DNA of 64,000 nucleotides from an archaeon (GCA_035390665.1 DAOOUC010000003.1:10742-74741), one strand, 5' to 3'; shown: positions 1 to 9,903, counted from the first letter of the stretch. Translations and numbers: made by a program. Notes: a model not told the origin generated them from the letters alone.

Positions 1-1
1 T

Positions 2-676
2 GTTGAATATATTACTATTCCTTTAGGAATTATGATTAACAAAGATTATATAATTACAATAAGCTTTAGAGAAAATGAAAATATAGATGTTTTAAAAACA
101 AAGAAATTTAAACATGAAAAATCATTAGTTCTTTTAAGATTGTTACTTGTTTCTTCTAAAACCTATATTAAATATCTAAAAGAAATTGATGCAAAAATAA
201 AAAGTATTGAAGAAAAGTTCGAAAGTGTTCAGAGGAATAAAGAAATTTCTGATCTTTTAGATCTTAAAAAATCTCTTGTGTATTTTAATACTTCTTTGAA
301 AAGCGATCAAATACTTCTTGAAAAGATTGCAAGAAATAAAGATTTTGTTAATTCTGAAGATGATAAAGATGTTATTGATGATGTAATTGATGAAAATAAA
401 CAAGCAATTGTTGTTACTGCAATCTATAAGAATATTATTGCAGATGCTACTGATCTTTTTAACTCTGTTACTTCAAATAATCTAAATAAAACTATGAAGT
501 TATTAACTTCAATTACTGTTGTTATTGCAATCCCTACAATGATTGCTGGAATATATGGAATGAATGTCCCTTTGCCTTTCGATAATCATCCTCATGCATT
601 TCTTGTAATCATGGGAATAGTTATGCTATTTTCATTAATTGGAGTATTCTATCTTTGGAAGAATGACATGTTCTAG
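2..676 (+). CDS. corA: CorA-family Mg2+/Co2+ transporter, 5'-truncated by window edge
   Basis: Reading frame is open from the window start (ORF track starts at the internal ATG at 32). C-terminal two TM helices with the signature YGMNVPLPF (GMN motif) and a coiled-coil cytoplasmic part. Confidence 0.8.
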   Translation, partial: VEYITIPLGIMINKDYIITISFRENENIDVLKTKKFKHEKSLVLLRLLLVSSKTYIKYLKEIDAKIKSIEEKFESVQRNKEISDLLDLKKSLVYFNTSLKSDQILLEKIARNKDFVNSEDDKDVIDDVIDENKQAIVVTAIYKNIIADATDLFNSVTSNNLNKTMKLLTSITVVIAIPTMIAGIYGMNVPLPFDNHPHAFLVIMGIVMLFSLIGVFYLWKNDMF

Positions 677-745
677 AGCCGGTTGCGGTCAGCTCGCGCC
701 CAGCCAAATAATGTATTGTTCTAGAGCCGGTTGCGGTCAGCTCCC
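674..745 (+). repeat. Two tandem copies of a GC-rich hairpin element (TAGAGCCGGTTGCGGTCAGCTC) that begins at the corA TAG stop
   Basis: 674-700 and 722-745 are near-identical. They are GC-rich in a ~25-30% GC background. The same family occurs at 20642-20671 and 23281-23311. Confidence 0.7.
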
Positions 746-750
746 AAAAT

Positions 751-1515
751 TCACAATTTTTTTCCAGCTACAAAGAATATTGTCTTCTTTTCAAAAAGAT
801 TTAAAATTTCTGATTTTTCATTTCTTATATTTTTTTGACCGAGAATTTGGATATTATTATTCTTAAACCATTTCTTTACTTCTTTTAATGTGTGATAACT
901 TTCATATGGAACACAATATCTATCATAAAGTGTAGATTTTGGAGCATTATGAAATTTTTTTGTTCTATAAAGAAAAGAAATTATCTTATCTGGATCTTTA
1001 GAAACAAATGTGTGTAATAAAAATCTTTGAAAAAAATATCTTAAACGAGAATATTTGTGATATAATCCTATAATAACAATGCCGTCACTTTTAAGTTGTC
1101 CAACAATTCGCGTAAATCCCTTTTTTGCATTTTCTGTGTGATGAAGAACACCAAGAGAAACCACAATATCAAATTTGCCCAGATCTTCGAGATTGTCTTT
1201 TAAAATATCTTTTTCTTTAAAGATAACATTGTCTATTTTTTCTTTTTTTGCTTTTTTCTTAGCTTCTTCTAATTGACTTTTTGAAAAATCAATAGCAATA
1301 ACTTCTTTTGCTCCTGCTTTTGCAAAAAAAATAGATTTTTCTCCGGTTCCGCAACCAGCATCAAGTATTCTTTTACCAATTAAATCTTTTTCTTTCAATC
1401 CTGCTGTTTCAAGAATATTAAGTATAATTTTGTTATTGGTTCTAATTTGATTAGAAGTATATTGATTTGCTTTTGGATATGGCTGTTTATTATAGAACTC
1501 TTTAACTTTTTCCAT
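751..1515 (-). CDS. Class I SAM-dependent methyltransferase
   Basis: Motif I ILDAGCGTGEKS, then acidic residue and motif II/III spacing typical of Rossmann methyltransferases. Confidence 0.7.
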   Translation of the reverse strand: MEKVKEFYNKQPYPKANQYTSNQIRTNNKIILNILETAGLKEKDLIGKRILDAGCGTGEKSIFFAKAGAKEVIAIDFSKSQLEEAKKKAKKEKIDNVIFKEKDILKDNLEDLGKFDIVVSLGVLHHTENAKKGFTRIVGQLKSDGIVIIGLYHKYSRLRYFFQRFLLHTFVSKDPDKIISFLYRTKKFHNAPKSTLYDRYCVPYESYHTLKEVKKWFKNNNIQILGQKNIRNEKSEILNLFEKKTIFFVAGKKL

Positions 1516-1517
1516 TT

Positions 1518-2192
1518 CTATTTCTTTCTTCTTAATTTAATTTTTGCTAGTAATGCAGATAGAATTAATGCGGACTTAATTGCAACTCCTGCACCTGCAC
1601 TAACACCTAATATTGTCCCATACATATTTGCTTCTCTTTGAATATATTGCAATTCTGGTGCTGGAATTGTTTTTATTATATTTTCTAATCTTTGAATTTG
1701 ATTAGGTGTTAAATCTTTATATATATCTCCTAATGGCTTTTCTAAAAAATATTTTTCCCAAACTTGCCCACCTGCTTCTTGTAAAATTTTTTCAATTTCT
1801 TTTATTTGAGATTTATATTCTAGAATATTATAAATATTTCTCATTTTAATTGGATCCAAAGTAATTTTACTTATCTTTTGAGCATAACTATCCCAAAAAT
1901 ATATTTCTCCAAGTTTAGATTTTTCATTTAGTTTTCTTAAATTTGATTTAATTGTGACTTCTTTCCCTTTTGGATAAGATACATTAGATAAATGATTTCC
2001 ATAAGCAGATGTTGTTAATCTATCTTTTTGAAAATCCATTACTGCCCCTTTAGTTATATTTCCTGCAAATAAAGAAGCTCCAACAATTGTACCTGCTGCT
2101 GCAATCTTTATTTTTGTTTTTAATGATCTATTTGGATCGGCCTTTTTTTTTGGTTTTGATTTTATAGTGGTTTTTGGTTTAAATATTCCCAT
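1518..2192 (-). CDS. Hypothetical protein, basic N-terminus, hydrophobic segments near both ends
   Basis: ORF abuts the upstream gene. No recognisable motif. Confidence 0.35.
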   Translation of the reverse strand: MGIFKPKTTIKSKPKKKADPNRSLKTKIKIAAAGTIVGASLFAGNITKGAVMDFQKDRLTTSAYGNHLSNVSYPKGKEVTIKSNLRKLNEKSKLGEIYFWDSYAQKISKITLDPIKMRNIYNILEYKSQIKEIEKILQEAGGQVWEKYFLEKPLGDIYKDLTPNQIQRLENIIKTIPAPELQYIQREANMYGTILGVSAGAGVAIKSALILSALLAKIKLRRKK

Positions 2193-2272
2193 AATTTTTC
2201 ACAATTTTTATCTCTAATAAATAAAAGATTTAACAAAACACTTTATATTTCTTTTCTTTTTTAATTCTTTTT

Positions 2273-3769
2273 ATGTCAGAAACCGGTTTTAATAATGCAA
2301 AAAAAGATTTATTATCTTTACTTGAAGCTTCCTTAGCCATACGAACAAAAGATAAATCTAAAAAATATAGTTTGTTATTTAGTGGTGGAATTGATTCTTG
2401 CCTTATAGCAATGATTCTTAAAAAACAGAAAATAAACTTTACTTGTTTTTTTGCTTATGTTAAAGATAACACAGAAGCAAAAGATTTAATTTATGCAAAA
2501 AAAGCAGCAAAAGAACTTAATCTAAAACTTGACATTATTTCTGTAGACAAAAAAGAAATATCTAAAATTGTCCCCGAGATTATAAAAATTATTGATTCTG
2601 ATAATCCAATTAAAGTTGGTGTGGCAATTCCAGGATATTTATCTTGTAAAAAAGCTAAATCTAAAAAGACAGACATTATCTTTTCTGGACTTGGCTCTGA
2701 TGAATTATTTGCAGGATATAGTAGATTTACACTAAAAAATCAAAAAAAAGAAACCAAAAAGTGTCTAGATAATATTTACAAAGATAATCTGTCAAGAGAT
2801 GAAGCAATTGCAAAACATTTTAATCTATATGTAGATTGCCCATATCTTGATAAAAAAATTGTAGATTATTCCTTACAATTAGATTCAAAATTTTTTATTT
2901 CAAAAGTTCAGAATAAAATAATTATTAGAGAAATTGCAAAAGATCTTGGATTATCTAAAGAATTAGCTGAAAGAAAAAAATTAGCTTGCCAATATGGAAG
3001 TAATAGTGACAGAATTCTTGAAAAGCTTGCAAAAGAAAATAAATTTAAAACTAAAACAGAATATCTGTCTTCTTTTTCAAAAGAAAAAATTGGTGCACTT
3101 TACTCTGGAGGTAAAGATTCTAATTTATCTTTATGGCTTGCATTCAAAGAAGGGAAAGAAATTTCTTGTTTAATTTCTTTAATTCCTGAAAATATTGATT
3201 CCTATATGTTTCAAACACCTGATATTAATTTCCTGAAATTACAAGCTCTTGCTTTAGATATTCCACTCCTTATTACAAAAACAAAAGGAGAAAAAGAGAA
3301 AGAACTCTCAGATTTAAAAAATGCAATTAAATTTGCTAAAGAAAAATACAATTTAACCGGGATTGTTGCTGGTGCTCTTTATAGTGTTTATCAAAAAGAT
3401 AGAATTGAAAAGATTTGTAAAGATCTTAATCTAAAATTAATTGCACCACTTTGGCATATGAAAGAAGAAGATGAAATTAAACTACTTTTAAAAAACAAAT
3501 TTAAATTCATTATTTGCAAAATTGCAGCATATGGTTTTTCTGAAAAATTACTTGGAAAAGTTATTGATAATAAAGATTTAGGAGAATTAAAAAGATTAAA
3601 TGAAAAATATAAAAGCAATATTGCAGGAGAAGGCGGAGAATATGAAACCCTTGTTCTTGACTCTCCAATGTTTAAACAAAAAATATCCGTAATTGATCTT
3701 GAAAAAATAATGCAAAATGAGTTTACTGGGAATTTAATTATTAAAAAAGTAAAACTAGAGAAGAAATAG
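2273..3769 (+). CDS. Tandem PP-loop ATP pyrophosphatase: N-terminal asparagine-synthetase-like domain (no glutaminase) fused to a C-terminal diphthine-ammonia ligase (Dph6/MJ0570-like) domain
   Basis: N-half: SGGIDSCLIAM ... FSGLGSDELFAGYSRF (AsnB C-domain pattern). C-half: YSGGKDSNLSLWLA, DSYMFQTP, LIAPLWHM, GEGGEYETLVLDSPMF (Dph6/DUF71 signatures). Confidence 0.7.
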   Translation: MSETGFNNAKKDLLSLLEASLAIRTKDKSKKYSLLFSGGIDSCLIAMILKKQKINFTCFFAYVKDNTEAKDLIYAKKAAKELNLKLDIISVDKKEISKIVPEIIKIIDSDNPIKVGVAIPGYLSCKKAKSKKTDIIFSGLGSDELFAGYSRFTLKNQKKETKKCLDNIYKDNLSRDEAIAKHFNLYVDCPYLDKKIVDYSLQLDSKFFISKVQNKIIIREIAKDLGLSKELAERKKLACQYGSNSDRILEKLAKENKFKTKTEYLSSFSKEKIGALYSGGKDSNLSLWLAFKEGKEISCLISLIPENIDSYMFQTPDINFLKLQALALDIPLLITKTKGEKEKELSDLKNAIKFAKEKYNLTGIVAGALYSVYQKDRIEKICKDLNLKLIAPLWHMKEEDEIKLLLKNKFKFIICKIAAYGFSEKLLGKVIDNKDLGELKRLNEKYKSNIAGEGGEYETLVLDSPMFKQKISVIDLEKIMQNEFTGNLIIKKVKLEKK

Positions 3770-3829
3770 ATTTAAAATCTATTTGGATTCCTATTTAGTT
3801 ATAGTTAAACACATAAAAAATGAAAAATT

Positions 3830-4636
3830 ATGCCTGCATTACTAGCACACATGCATTTGGTTAAAGACCTTATAAAGGAAAATCCAAAACTATTTAGTTC
3901 TGTAGATTATAAATATTTAATTCAGGGGGCTACATTTCCGGATATTTATTATATTACTGAATTAAAATCAATTACTAAAAAACCAAACTTCAGTAAATTC
4001 ATACATGAAGCAGATAATGAATATGATTTTGCAAAAACATTATTAAGAAAATCTAAAAATAAACAAGAAAGATTGTTTGCAATTGGATTTTTATCTCATA
4101 TGATATTAGATAAAAATGTGCATAATTATCTTAAGAAAAAAGGAATTTATACTGATATTAAACATATGGTTTCAGAATATTATTTAGAAACAAAATTTCA
4201 CAACAGTAAAATACCATTGCCAAGATTTCCAAGCACATTAATAAAAGAAAGCTTAAAGGACTGCTATCCTAAAGATTATGACACATATAAAAATAAAATA
4301 AAAATATCTATTAGGTCTTTAATATTTTATGAATTTGCAAATACTTTTATAATTAAAAAGATAATTAACGGAAGATATAGAAAAGAAAATAACAAAACTA
4401 GATGGTCTTTATTAAATCTTCCATTTAAACTTGCTAGGCTTTCTAAATATAAAAAAATGGGTTATGATTATACTGCTTTATTAAACCCTGATATCACTAT
4501 AAAAGAAAAATATCTTGAAGATATCTATAAAGAATATCAAAAATCTAAAAAAGAGCTAATAAATACAATAATAGAAGAAGAATTAAATGTAGTAGATTAT
4601 ACAACCCATCAAACAGAAATAAGAGATTTTGTTTAA
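3830..4636 (+). CDS. Hypothetical protein (His-rich motifs AHMHL / LSHMILD, possible metal-dependent hydrolase)
   Basis: ORF only. Weak His motifs. Confidence 0.35.
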   Translation: MPALLAHMHLVKDLIKENPKLFSSVDYKYLIQGATFPDIYYITELKSITKKPNFSKFIHEADNEYDFAKTLLRKSKNKQERLFAIGFLSHMILDKNVHNYLKKKGIYTDIKHMVSEYYLETKFHNSKIPLPRFPSTLIKESLKDCYPKDYDTYKNKIKISIRSLIFYEFANTFIIKKIINGRYRKENNKTRWSLLNLPFKLARLSKYKKMGYDYTALLNPDITIKEKYLEDIYKEYQKSKKELINTIIEEELNVVDYTTHQTEIRDFV

Positions 4637-4649
4637 TCTATAAATTTTA

Positions 4650-4883
4650 TTAATATTTATTAAAAGGCGTACTTGATACAGAATAATCATCTAATTCTGT
4701 GTATTTCATTTGCAATTCTTTTAATTCTTTCTTTAGTTCTTCTATTTGTTTTTTATCTAATTTAGATTCAGTCAATTGTTTTTTTATTTTAGATTGTAAA
4801 TTTAAAATTTCTTTTTTTAATCCTTTAACTGTTCTTACTGCTGGCCTTTTTCTTAAAATTGGTGATTTGTGTATTGTTACCAT
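4650..4883 (-). CDS. Small coiled-coil basic protein
   Basis: 77 aa, heptad-like KE-rich sequence. Abuts the next ORF (4883/4884). Confidence 0.3.
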   Translation of the reverse strand: MVTIHKSPILRKRPAVRTVKGLKKEILNLQSKIKKQLTESKLDKKQIEELKKELKELQMKYTELDDYSVSSTPFNKY

Positions 4884-5234
4884 TTAAATCATATTAATAT
4901 TTATTTTTTGTTCTGTCTTGTTATCTACGTAATTATAATCTCTTGAATGTTCCCCTACTCTTATTTTTATTGATTTTAAACCTGGATTTGACCCAATTGC
5001 AGGATATATAAAAAACTTTATTTCTTTACTTTGATTTGGTTCAAATTCTCCAAGTCTTTTATAATCTGTATTAATGGGTTTAACTTTATCAAAACTTAAA
5101 TCTTCATCTAAAACAAGATCTATACTTAACATTTTCTTTGTTATTCCGTTTGTAAGTTTAATAAATAATTCTAATGGCTCTTTGCTTTTACTATCTAATC
5201 TATAGGGATATGTTCTTGTGCTTATTCCAATCAT
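4884..5234 (-). CDS. Hypothetical protein
   Basis: ORF in an operon-like arrangement with 4650-4883. Confidence 0.35.
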   Translation of the reverse strand: MIGISTRTYPYRLDSKSKEPLELFIKLTNGITKKMLSIDLVLDEDLSFDKVKPINTDYKRLGEFEPNQSKEIKFFIYPAIGSNPGLKSIKIRVGEHSRDYNYVDNKTEQKININMI

Positions 5235-5280
5235 TTTTTATCACCATTTAAATTTATAATAATACAATAAACAAAAGAAA

Positions 5281-5757
5281 TTATAAATCTTTTCTTGCGT
5301 GTTTTGTATTAAGTAAATAACCTTTAATTAATTTAATTCTTTCTAAATATTTATCTTTATTATATAATTTATATGCAAAATCATAACAAGTAAGTAAATT
5401 TTCTAAAGTACTAATATTTACATTTGTATTTCCTAGTATTGTATCTCCATAGTCTTTATTTTTTAAAAGAACATAAGATTGCTTATCAAAAGAGTTATCT
5501 ACCCCAATAAATTCAATTTCTATATTATTTAGATTTAAATCTAAATAATTTTTTCCTTTTTTAGATACATTTATTTTAGGGTCATATATTTTTTTTAACT
5601 TTTTAAAATCTTTATAATTTACAATAAAATCAAGATCTTTTGTTTCATTTATTATTTTTTTAAAATAAAGGACCGTTCCTCCAGTTATAAAATAATCAAT
5701 TTTGTGTCTATTTAATTCTTTGACAATTTCTATTACTGTTGGTTTTATTGATTTCAT
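5281..5757 (-). CDS. Minimal nucleotidyltransferase (Pol-beta-like NTase fold)
   Basis: ITGGTVLY...x9...TKDLDFIV matches the hG[GS]...D.D pattern of the NTase superfamily. Confidence 0.5.
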   Translation of the reverse strand: MKSIKPTVIEIVKELNRHKIDYFITGGTVLYFKKIINETKDLDFIVNYKDFKKLKKIYDPKINVSKKGKNYLDLNLNNIEIEFIGVDNSFDKQSYVLLKNKDYGDTILGNTNVNISTLENLLTCYDFAYKLYNKDKYLERIKLIKGYLLNTKHARKDL

Positions 5758-5763
5758 TTTTTC

Positions 5764-6849
5764 TCATTTATAGGTAGTAGAATATTTCTCTTTGTCATCA
5801 ATTATATCGTTATTTTTCCAATCCTCGACCCAGTCAGAGACATTATATGACTTATAACTCCCATCTGGCATAGAACAAACAACTCTAGCAATTCCTGCAT
5901 TAATAATCATCTTTTTACAAATAAAACAAGGTAAAGAATTTGTAGGGGCTACTATTCCTTGATAGGTTCTTTTTCCAACAATATACATTGTACCTCCAAC
6001 AATTGAAACTCCATCTCTTGCTGCATTAATTATTGCATTCTGCTCAGCATGAACACTTGTACAAAGTTCAAATCTATGACCTGAAGGAATATTTAATTTT
6101 CTTCTAAGACAATAACCTTTTTCGAAACAATCCTTTGTTCCTCTTGGTGCTCCTACATATCCTGTAGATTTTATTACATTGTCTTTAACAATGATTGCTC
6201 CAAAATTAACACATAAACAACTTTCTCTTTTTGATATTTCGTCTGTTATTTTTATAAAATATTCATCCCAAGATGGTTTACTTCTATTCTTTATTTGTAT
6301 TTTTAAAAGTAATTCTTCTATTTGGGGGTTAAGTGCATCAAGTGGACCATCATTATTTATTCTAAACTCTGCAAGTTTTTTACAAGCCTCTAAATTTTGT
6401 GAGTTTGGATCTGTGCTAGTTAATTCTTTTTTCTCAGAAGCCATAAATTCTTCATAACTTGAGATTTGTTCTTTTTCTCTTAATCTTTCTTTTGCGCGTT
6501 TGTATCTTATTTTTGAATCAGCTTCAACTGAGACAAGATTAAAGTTTGGTAATTTCTTTAGTTCTTCTATTTCTCCTTGTGTCCTAATAGATTCAACAAC
6601 AAAGTTTTTTTCAAGACCTTTAATTGTTATTCTATCTACTAGTCTTTTTGCTAAGATGTTTGGACCAAATTTCTGTCTTAATTCATTACCCACTCTTTGA
6701 AGATTTTCTCTTGTAAGTTCAATATTGTTTTTTCTACATTCTTCTCTTATTTCATCTGAGCAAGAATAAACAATAAATCCTTTTGCTTTTAATATTTCAG
6801 ATACTGCTCCTTTTCCGCTTGCCAAAAATCCAGTTATACCAATTATCAT
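5764..6849 (-). CDS. P-loop nucleoside/nucleotide kinase domain fused to dCMP (cytidine/deoxycytidylate) deaminase
   Basis: N-term Walker A IIGITGFLASGKGAVS (dephospho-CoA/deoxynucleoside kinase-like). C-term zinc deaminase motifs HAEQNAI and PCFICKK (H-A-E ... PC-x2-C). Confidence 0.75.
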   Translation of the reverse strand: MIIGITGFLASGKGAVSEILKAKGFIVYSCSDEIREECRKNNIELTRENLQRVGNELRQKFGPNILAKRLVDRITIKGLEKNFVVESIRTQGEIEELKKLPNFNLVSVEADSKIRYKRAKERLREKEQISSYEEFMASEKKELTSTDPNSQNLEACKKLAEFRINNDGPLDALNPQIEELLLKIQIKNRSKPSWDEYFIKITDEISKRESCLCVNFGAIIVKDNVIKSTGYVGAPRGTKDCFEKGYCLRRKLNIPSGHRFELCTSVHAEQNAIINAARDGVSIVGGTMYIVGKRTYQGIVAPTNSLPCFICKKMIINAGIARVVCSMPDGSYKSYNVSDWVEDWKNNDIIDDKEKYSTTYK

Positions 6850-6862
6850 TTTTTCACCTAAT

Positions 6863-7345
6863 TTATTTTCTTAAATATGTTATAAAAGAATAGCCTTCTT
6901 TTTTTTCTTCATTAACTATTGTCCAGGTATTAGTGTTAATTTCTGGAAAGAAGGTATCTCCGTCATATTCTTTATCCAGTTGTGTTATTTCTAATTTATT
7001 TGCAAGCTCTTGTTCCATTGCTTGTCTATAAATACTAGCTCCTCCAATTATATAAACAATATCATCGAGAGTGTGAGCATAATCAATTGCTTCTTTTAAT
7101 GAATTTTTTATTGTTATATCTTCTTCTTCCCAAGAATCATCTTTAAAACAAACAACAATATTTGTTCTTTCTGGTAATGGCTTTATTGGAAGAGAAAAAT
7201 ATGTATTTTTTCCCATAATTACGGGATGCCCTTTTGTTAATCTTTTAAATCTTTTAAAATCCTCAGAAATATGCCAAGGAATTTTATTATCTTTACCAAT
7301 AGCATGATTCTTTGCAATAGCTACAATAATTATTGTTTCTTTCAT
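6863..7345 (-). CDS. folA: Dihydrofolate reductase
   Basis: IIIVAIAKNHAIGKDNKIPWH...DFKRFKRLTKGHPVIMGKNTY, the classical DHFR N-terminal signature. Start abuts the thyA stop. Confidence 0.9.
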   Translation of the reverse strand: MKETIIIVAIAKNHAIGKDNKIPWHISEDFKRFKRLTKGHPVIMGKNTYFSLPIKPLPERTNIVVCFKDDSWEEEDITIKNSLKEAIDYAHTLDDIVYIIGGASIYRQAMEQELANKLEITQLDKEYDGDTFFPEINTNTWTIVNEEKKEGYSFITYLRK

Positions 7346-8212
7346 TTATACCGCGATTTCGAATTTTATTGTTGGTTGTGCTTTATAGTCTATTACTTTT
7401 GTATCTGTGTATTTCCAATCAAAGATAGAAGTAAAGTTTTCTGTTTCTAATTTTGGAAGAGCTGTCGGAGTTCTTGATAATTGTTCTTTTAAGCCATCTA
7501 TGTGATTAACATAAATGTGTGTGTCTCCTAAAAAACCAATTAATTTCCCTTCTTTTAAATTTGCTTCTTTTGCTAGAAGATGAAGAAGTAAACCATAACT
7601 TGCAATATTAAATGGTAGCCCTAGAGCAGAATCAACAGATCTTTGATTCCATAATAGATTTAATTTATCATTAATAACTGTAACTTGAAAACCATAATGA
7701 CAAGGGGGTAAAGCCATGTGTTTGATGTCAAGTGGATTCCATGCAGAAACTATCATCCTTCTGTCTGTTGGGTTTGTTTTAAGAGTATCAACTAATTTTT
7801 TTAATTGATCAACACCATCGCCAGTTGGTGTTTTATCATGTGCTTGATAAGTTTTTCCAAAATTTCTCCATTGATAACCATAGATTGGACCAAGTTCTCT
7901 TTCTTCAAGCATTTTCTTTTTTGTGTTTTCGTCATTTCCATAAGGAATAACATCTGGAGAACACCATTCATCCCATATGTGATTATCTTTTTCTCTTAAC
8001 CAATTTTTATCTGTAATACCTTTTATGAAAAATTCTAATTCTGAAGCAACTAATCTAAATGGAACTTTCTTAGTTGTTAGAAGTGGAAACCCTTCTAACA
8101 TATCATGTTCAAACATACAACCTGCAACAGCAATTGTATCAATTCCTGTTCTATTATGTTTTAGTTCTCCTTTGTCTATAATTAATTTTATAATATCTAG
8201 ATATGCTTTCAT
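7346..8212 (-). CDS. thyA: Thymidylate synthase (ThyA type)
   Basis: RRMIVSAWNP...DIKHMALPPCH active-site cysteine motif. WNQRSVD. Confidence 0.92.
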   Translation of the reverse strand: MKAYLDIIKLIIDKGELKHNRTGIDTIAVAGCMFEHDMLEGFPLLTTKKVPFRLVASELEFFIKGITDKNWLREKDNHIWDEWCSPDVIPYGNDENTKKKMLEERELGPIYGYQWRNFGKTYQAHDKTPTGDGVDQLKKLVDTLKTNPTDRRMIVSAWNPLDIKHMALPPCHYGFQVTVINDKLNLLWNQRSVDSALGLPFNIASYGLLLHLLAKEANLKEGKLIGFLGDTHIYVNHIDGLKEQLSRTPTALPKLETENFTSIFDWKYTDTKVIDYKAQPTIKFEIAV

Positions 8213-8213
8213 T

Positions 8214-8669
8214 TCACTTCACATTTCTCCTTGTATTTACTCTAATTGCTTTTCTTTTCTTATCTTTTTTTTCCTTTATTGCTTTTTGAAAATTAGGTTC
8301 TGTTCTATATATTTCATTAATTAAATCTTCATATGCTTTTCTAATAGTTTCTATCTTTTCTGTTTGTTCTTGAATTCTTCTTTTCAATAATATTTTATCT
8401 GCAGTTTGTATTCCTGCTTTTTCAATTTTAGTCAATAAAGAATTAAATGCTGCCGTTAACATTTTCATTTCTTTTATTCTTAATAGATGTTCGTTTGGAT
8501 TTTCACAAACATAAACTTCTCTTAATTTTTTTAATATCATTTCTGAAATTGAATCAATTTTATGTTCTTGTTCTTTAATATATTGATAATATTTTTTAGA
8601 TTTATTAGATTGTGTATTTGATAAATCCAATCTTTTCTTTGCTTCTTCAAAATCAATTATTTTTGCCAT
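8214..8669 (-). CDS. Hypothetical coiled-coil protein embedded between thyA and glyA
   Basis: 151 aa, K/E-rich, no motif. Separated by 1-8 nt from neighbours. Confidence 0.35.
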   Translation of the reverse strand: MAKIIDFEEAKKRLDLSNTQSNKSKKYYQYIKEQEHKIDSISEMILKKLREVYVCENPNEHLLRIKEMKMLTAAFNSLLTKIEKAGIQTADKILLKRRIQEQTEKIETIRKAYEDLINEIYRTEPNFQKAIKEKKDKKRKAIRVNTRRNVK

Positions 8670-8677
8670 AATACCAC

Positions 8678-9895
8678 TTATATTTTATCTATTGGATAGT
8701 CTTTCAGCATTTCTATTATCTTTAGCTTTATACTTTGCTTTAATTCTTGGTTATCTGGTTCAGAGATTACTTGATTAATATAATCTGCAATTACTCTAAT
8801 TTGTTCTTCTTTAAACCCTCTTGTTGTTATTGCAGGAGTTCCAATCCTTATACCTGAAGTTATAAATGGTTTTTGAGGGTCTTTTGGTATTCCATTTTTG
8901 TTAACAGAAATATTTATTTCTTCTAAGATTTCTTGTGCTTTTTTGCCTGTAATGTTTTTGTTTCTTAAGTCTACAAGTATAAGATGGTTATCAGTTCCAT
9001 CAGTTACAAGTTTAAAACCATAATTTTGAAGTTCTTGTGCTAAAGTTTTAGAGTTTTTTAGAACTTGTTCTTGATAAGTTTTAAACTCTGGTTTTAAGGC
9101 TTCTTCAAAACAAATTGCTTTTCCTGCAATTATGTGTTCTAATGGCCCTCCTTGAAAACCAGGAAAATTATTTTTGTTTATTTTTTCTCCAATTTCGTCA
9201 TTATCTGTTAAGATTAGTCCACCTCTTGGGCCTCTTAAAGTTTTATGAGTGGTTGAAGTAACAATATCTGCATAAGGTAAAGGCGATTGGTGAAGGTTGG
9301 TTGCGACCAAACCAGCAATATGTGCCATGTCTGCCATTAGATATGCATCAACAGAATCTGCAATTTCTCTAAATCTTTTAAAATCAATCTTACGAGGATA
9401 AGCAGAAGCACCACAAACAATCATTTTTGGTTTTATTTCTTTTGAAAGCTTTTGGATTTCATCATAATCAAGATAACCATTTTCATCTGTTCCATAACTA
9501 TAACTTTCAAGAAGTCTACCTGAAAAATTAAGTTTAAAACCATGTGTCAAGTGTCCTCCACTATCAAGAGACATGCCAAGTATTTTATCTCCTTTTTCAA
9601 GTAAAGAAAAATAAGCTATTAAGTTTGCAGAAGAACCAGAGTGTGGTTGAACATTTACATATTTACATTTGAAAAGTTCTTTTGCTTTTTCTCGTGCATA
9701 ATCTTCAATCTCATCAACAACCTCACACCCAGAGTAATATCTTTTTCCAGGATATCCTTCAGCATATTTGTTTGTAAGAACAGAACCACAAGCTTCTCTA
9801 ATCTCTTTAGAACAAATATTTTCAGAAGCAATCATTTCTACAGTTTCTTGTTGTCTAATCTTTTCTTTCTCTATTAGTTCTTTTATTTTTGACAT
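8678..9895 (-). CDS. glyA: Serine hydroxymethyltransferase
   Basis: PLP-lysine region [16 protein letters not shown]. Overall SHMT length and motifs. Confidence 0.92.
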   Translation of the reverse strand: MSKIKELIEKEKIRQQETVEMIASENICSKEIREACGSVLTNKYAEGYPGKRYYSGCEVVDEIEDYAREKAKELFKCKYVNVQPHSGSSANLIAYFSLLEKGDKILGMSLDSGGHLTHGFKLNFSGRLLESYSYGTDENGYLDYDEIQKLSKEIKPKMIVCGASAYPRKIDFKRFREIADSVDAYLMADMAHIAGLVATNLHQSPLPYADIVTSTTHKTLRGPRGGLILTDNDEIGEKINKNNFPGFQGGPLEHIIAGKAICFEEALKPEFKTYQEQVLKNSKTLAQELQNYGFKLVTDGTDNHLILVDLRNKNITGKKAQEILEEINISVNKNGIPKDPQKPFITSGIRIGTPAITTRGFKEEQIRVIADYINQVISEPDNQELKQSIKLKIIEMLKDYPIDKI

Positions 9896-9903
9896 AATAA
9901 ATC

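Noticed and set aside
639-866. 75-aa ORF with duplicated SRAGCGQL peptide
   Set aside because: It is simply the translation of the two tandem GC-rich hairpin repeats in the corA/methyltransferase spacer. It overlaps the 3' end of the convergent methyltransferase gene.
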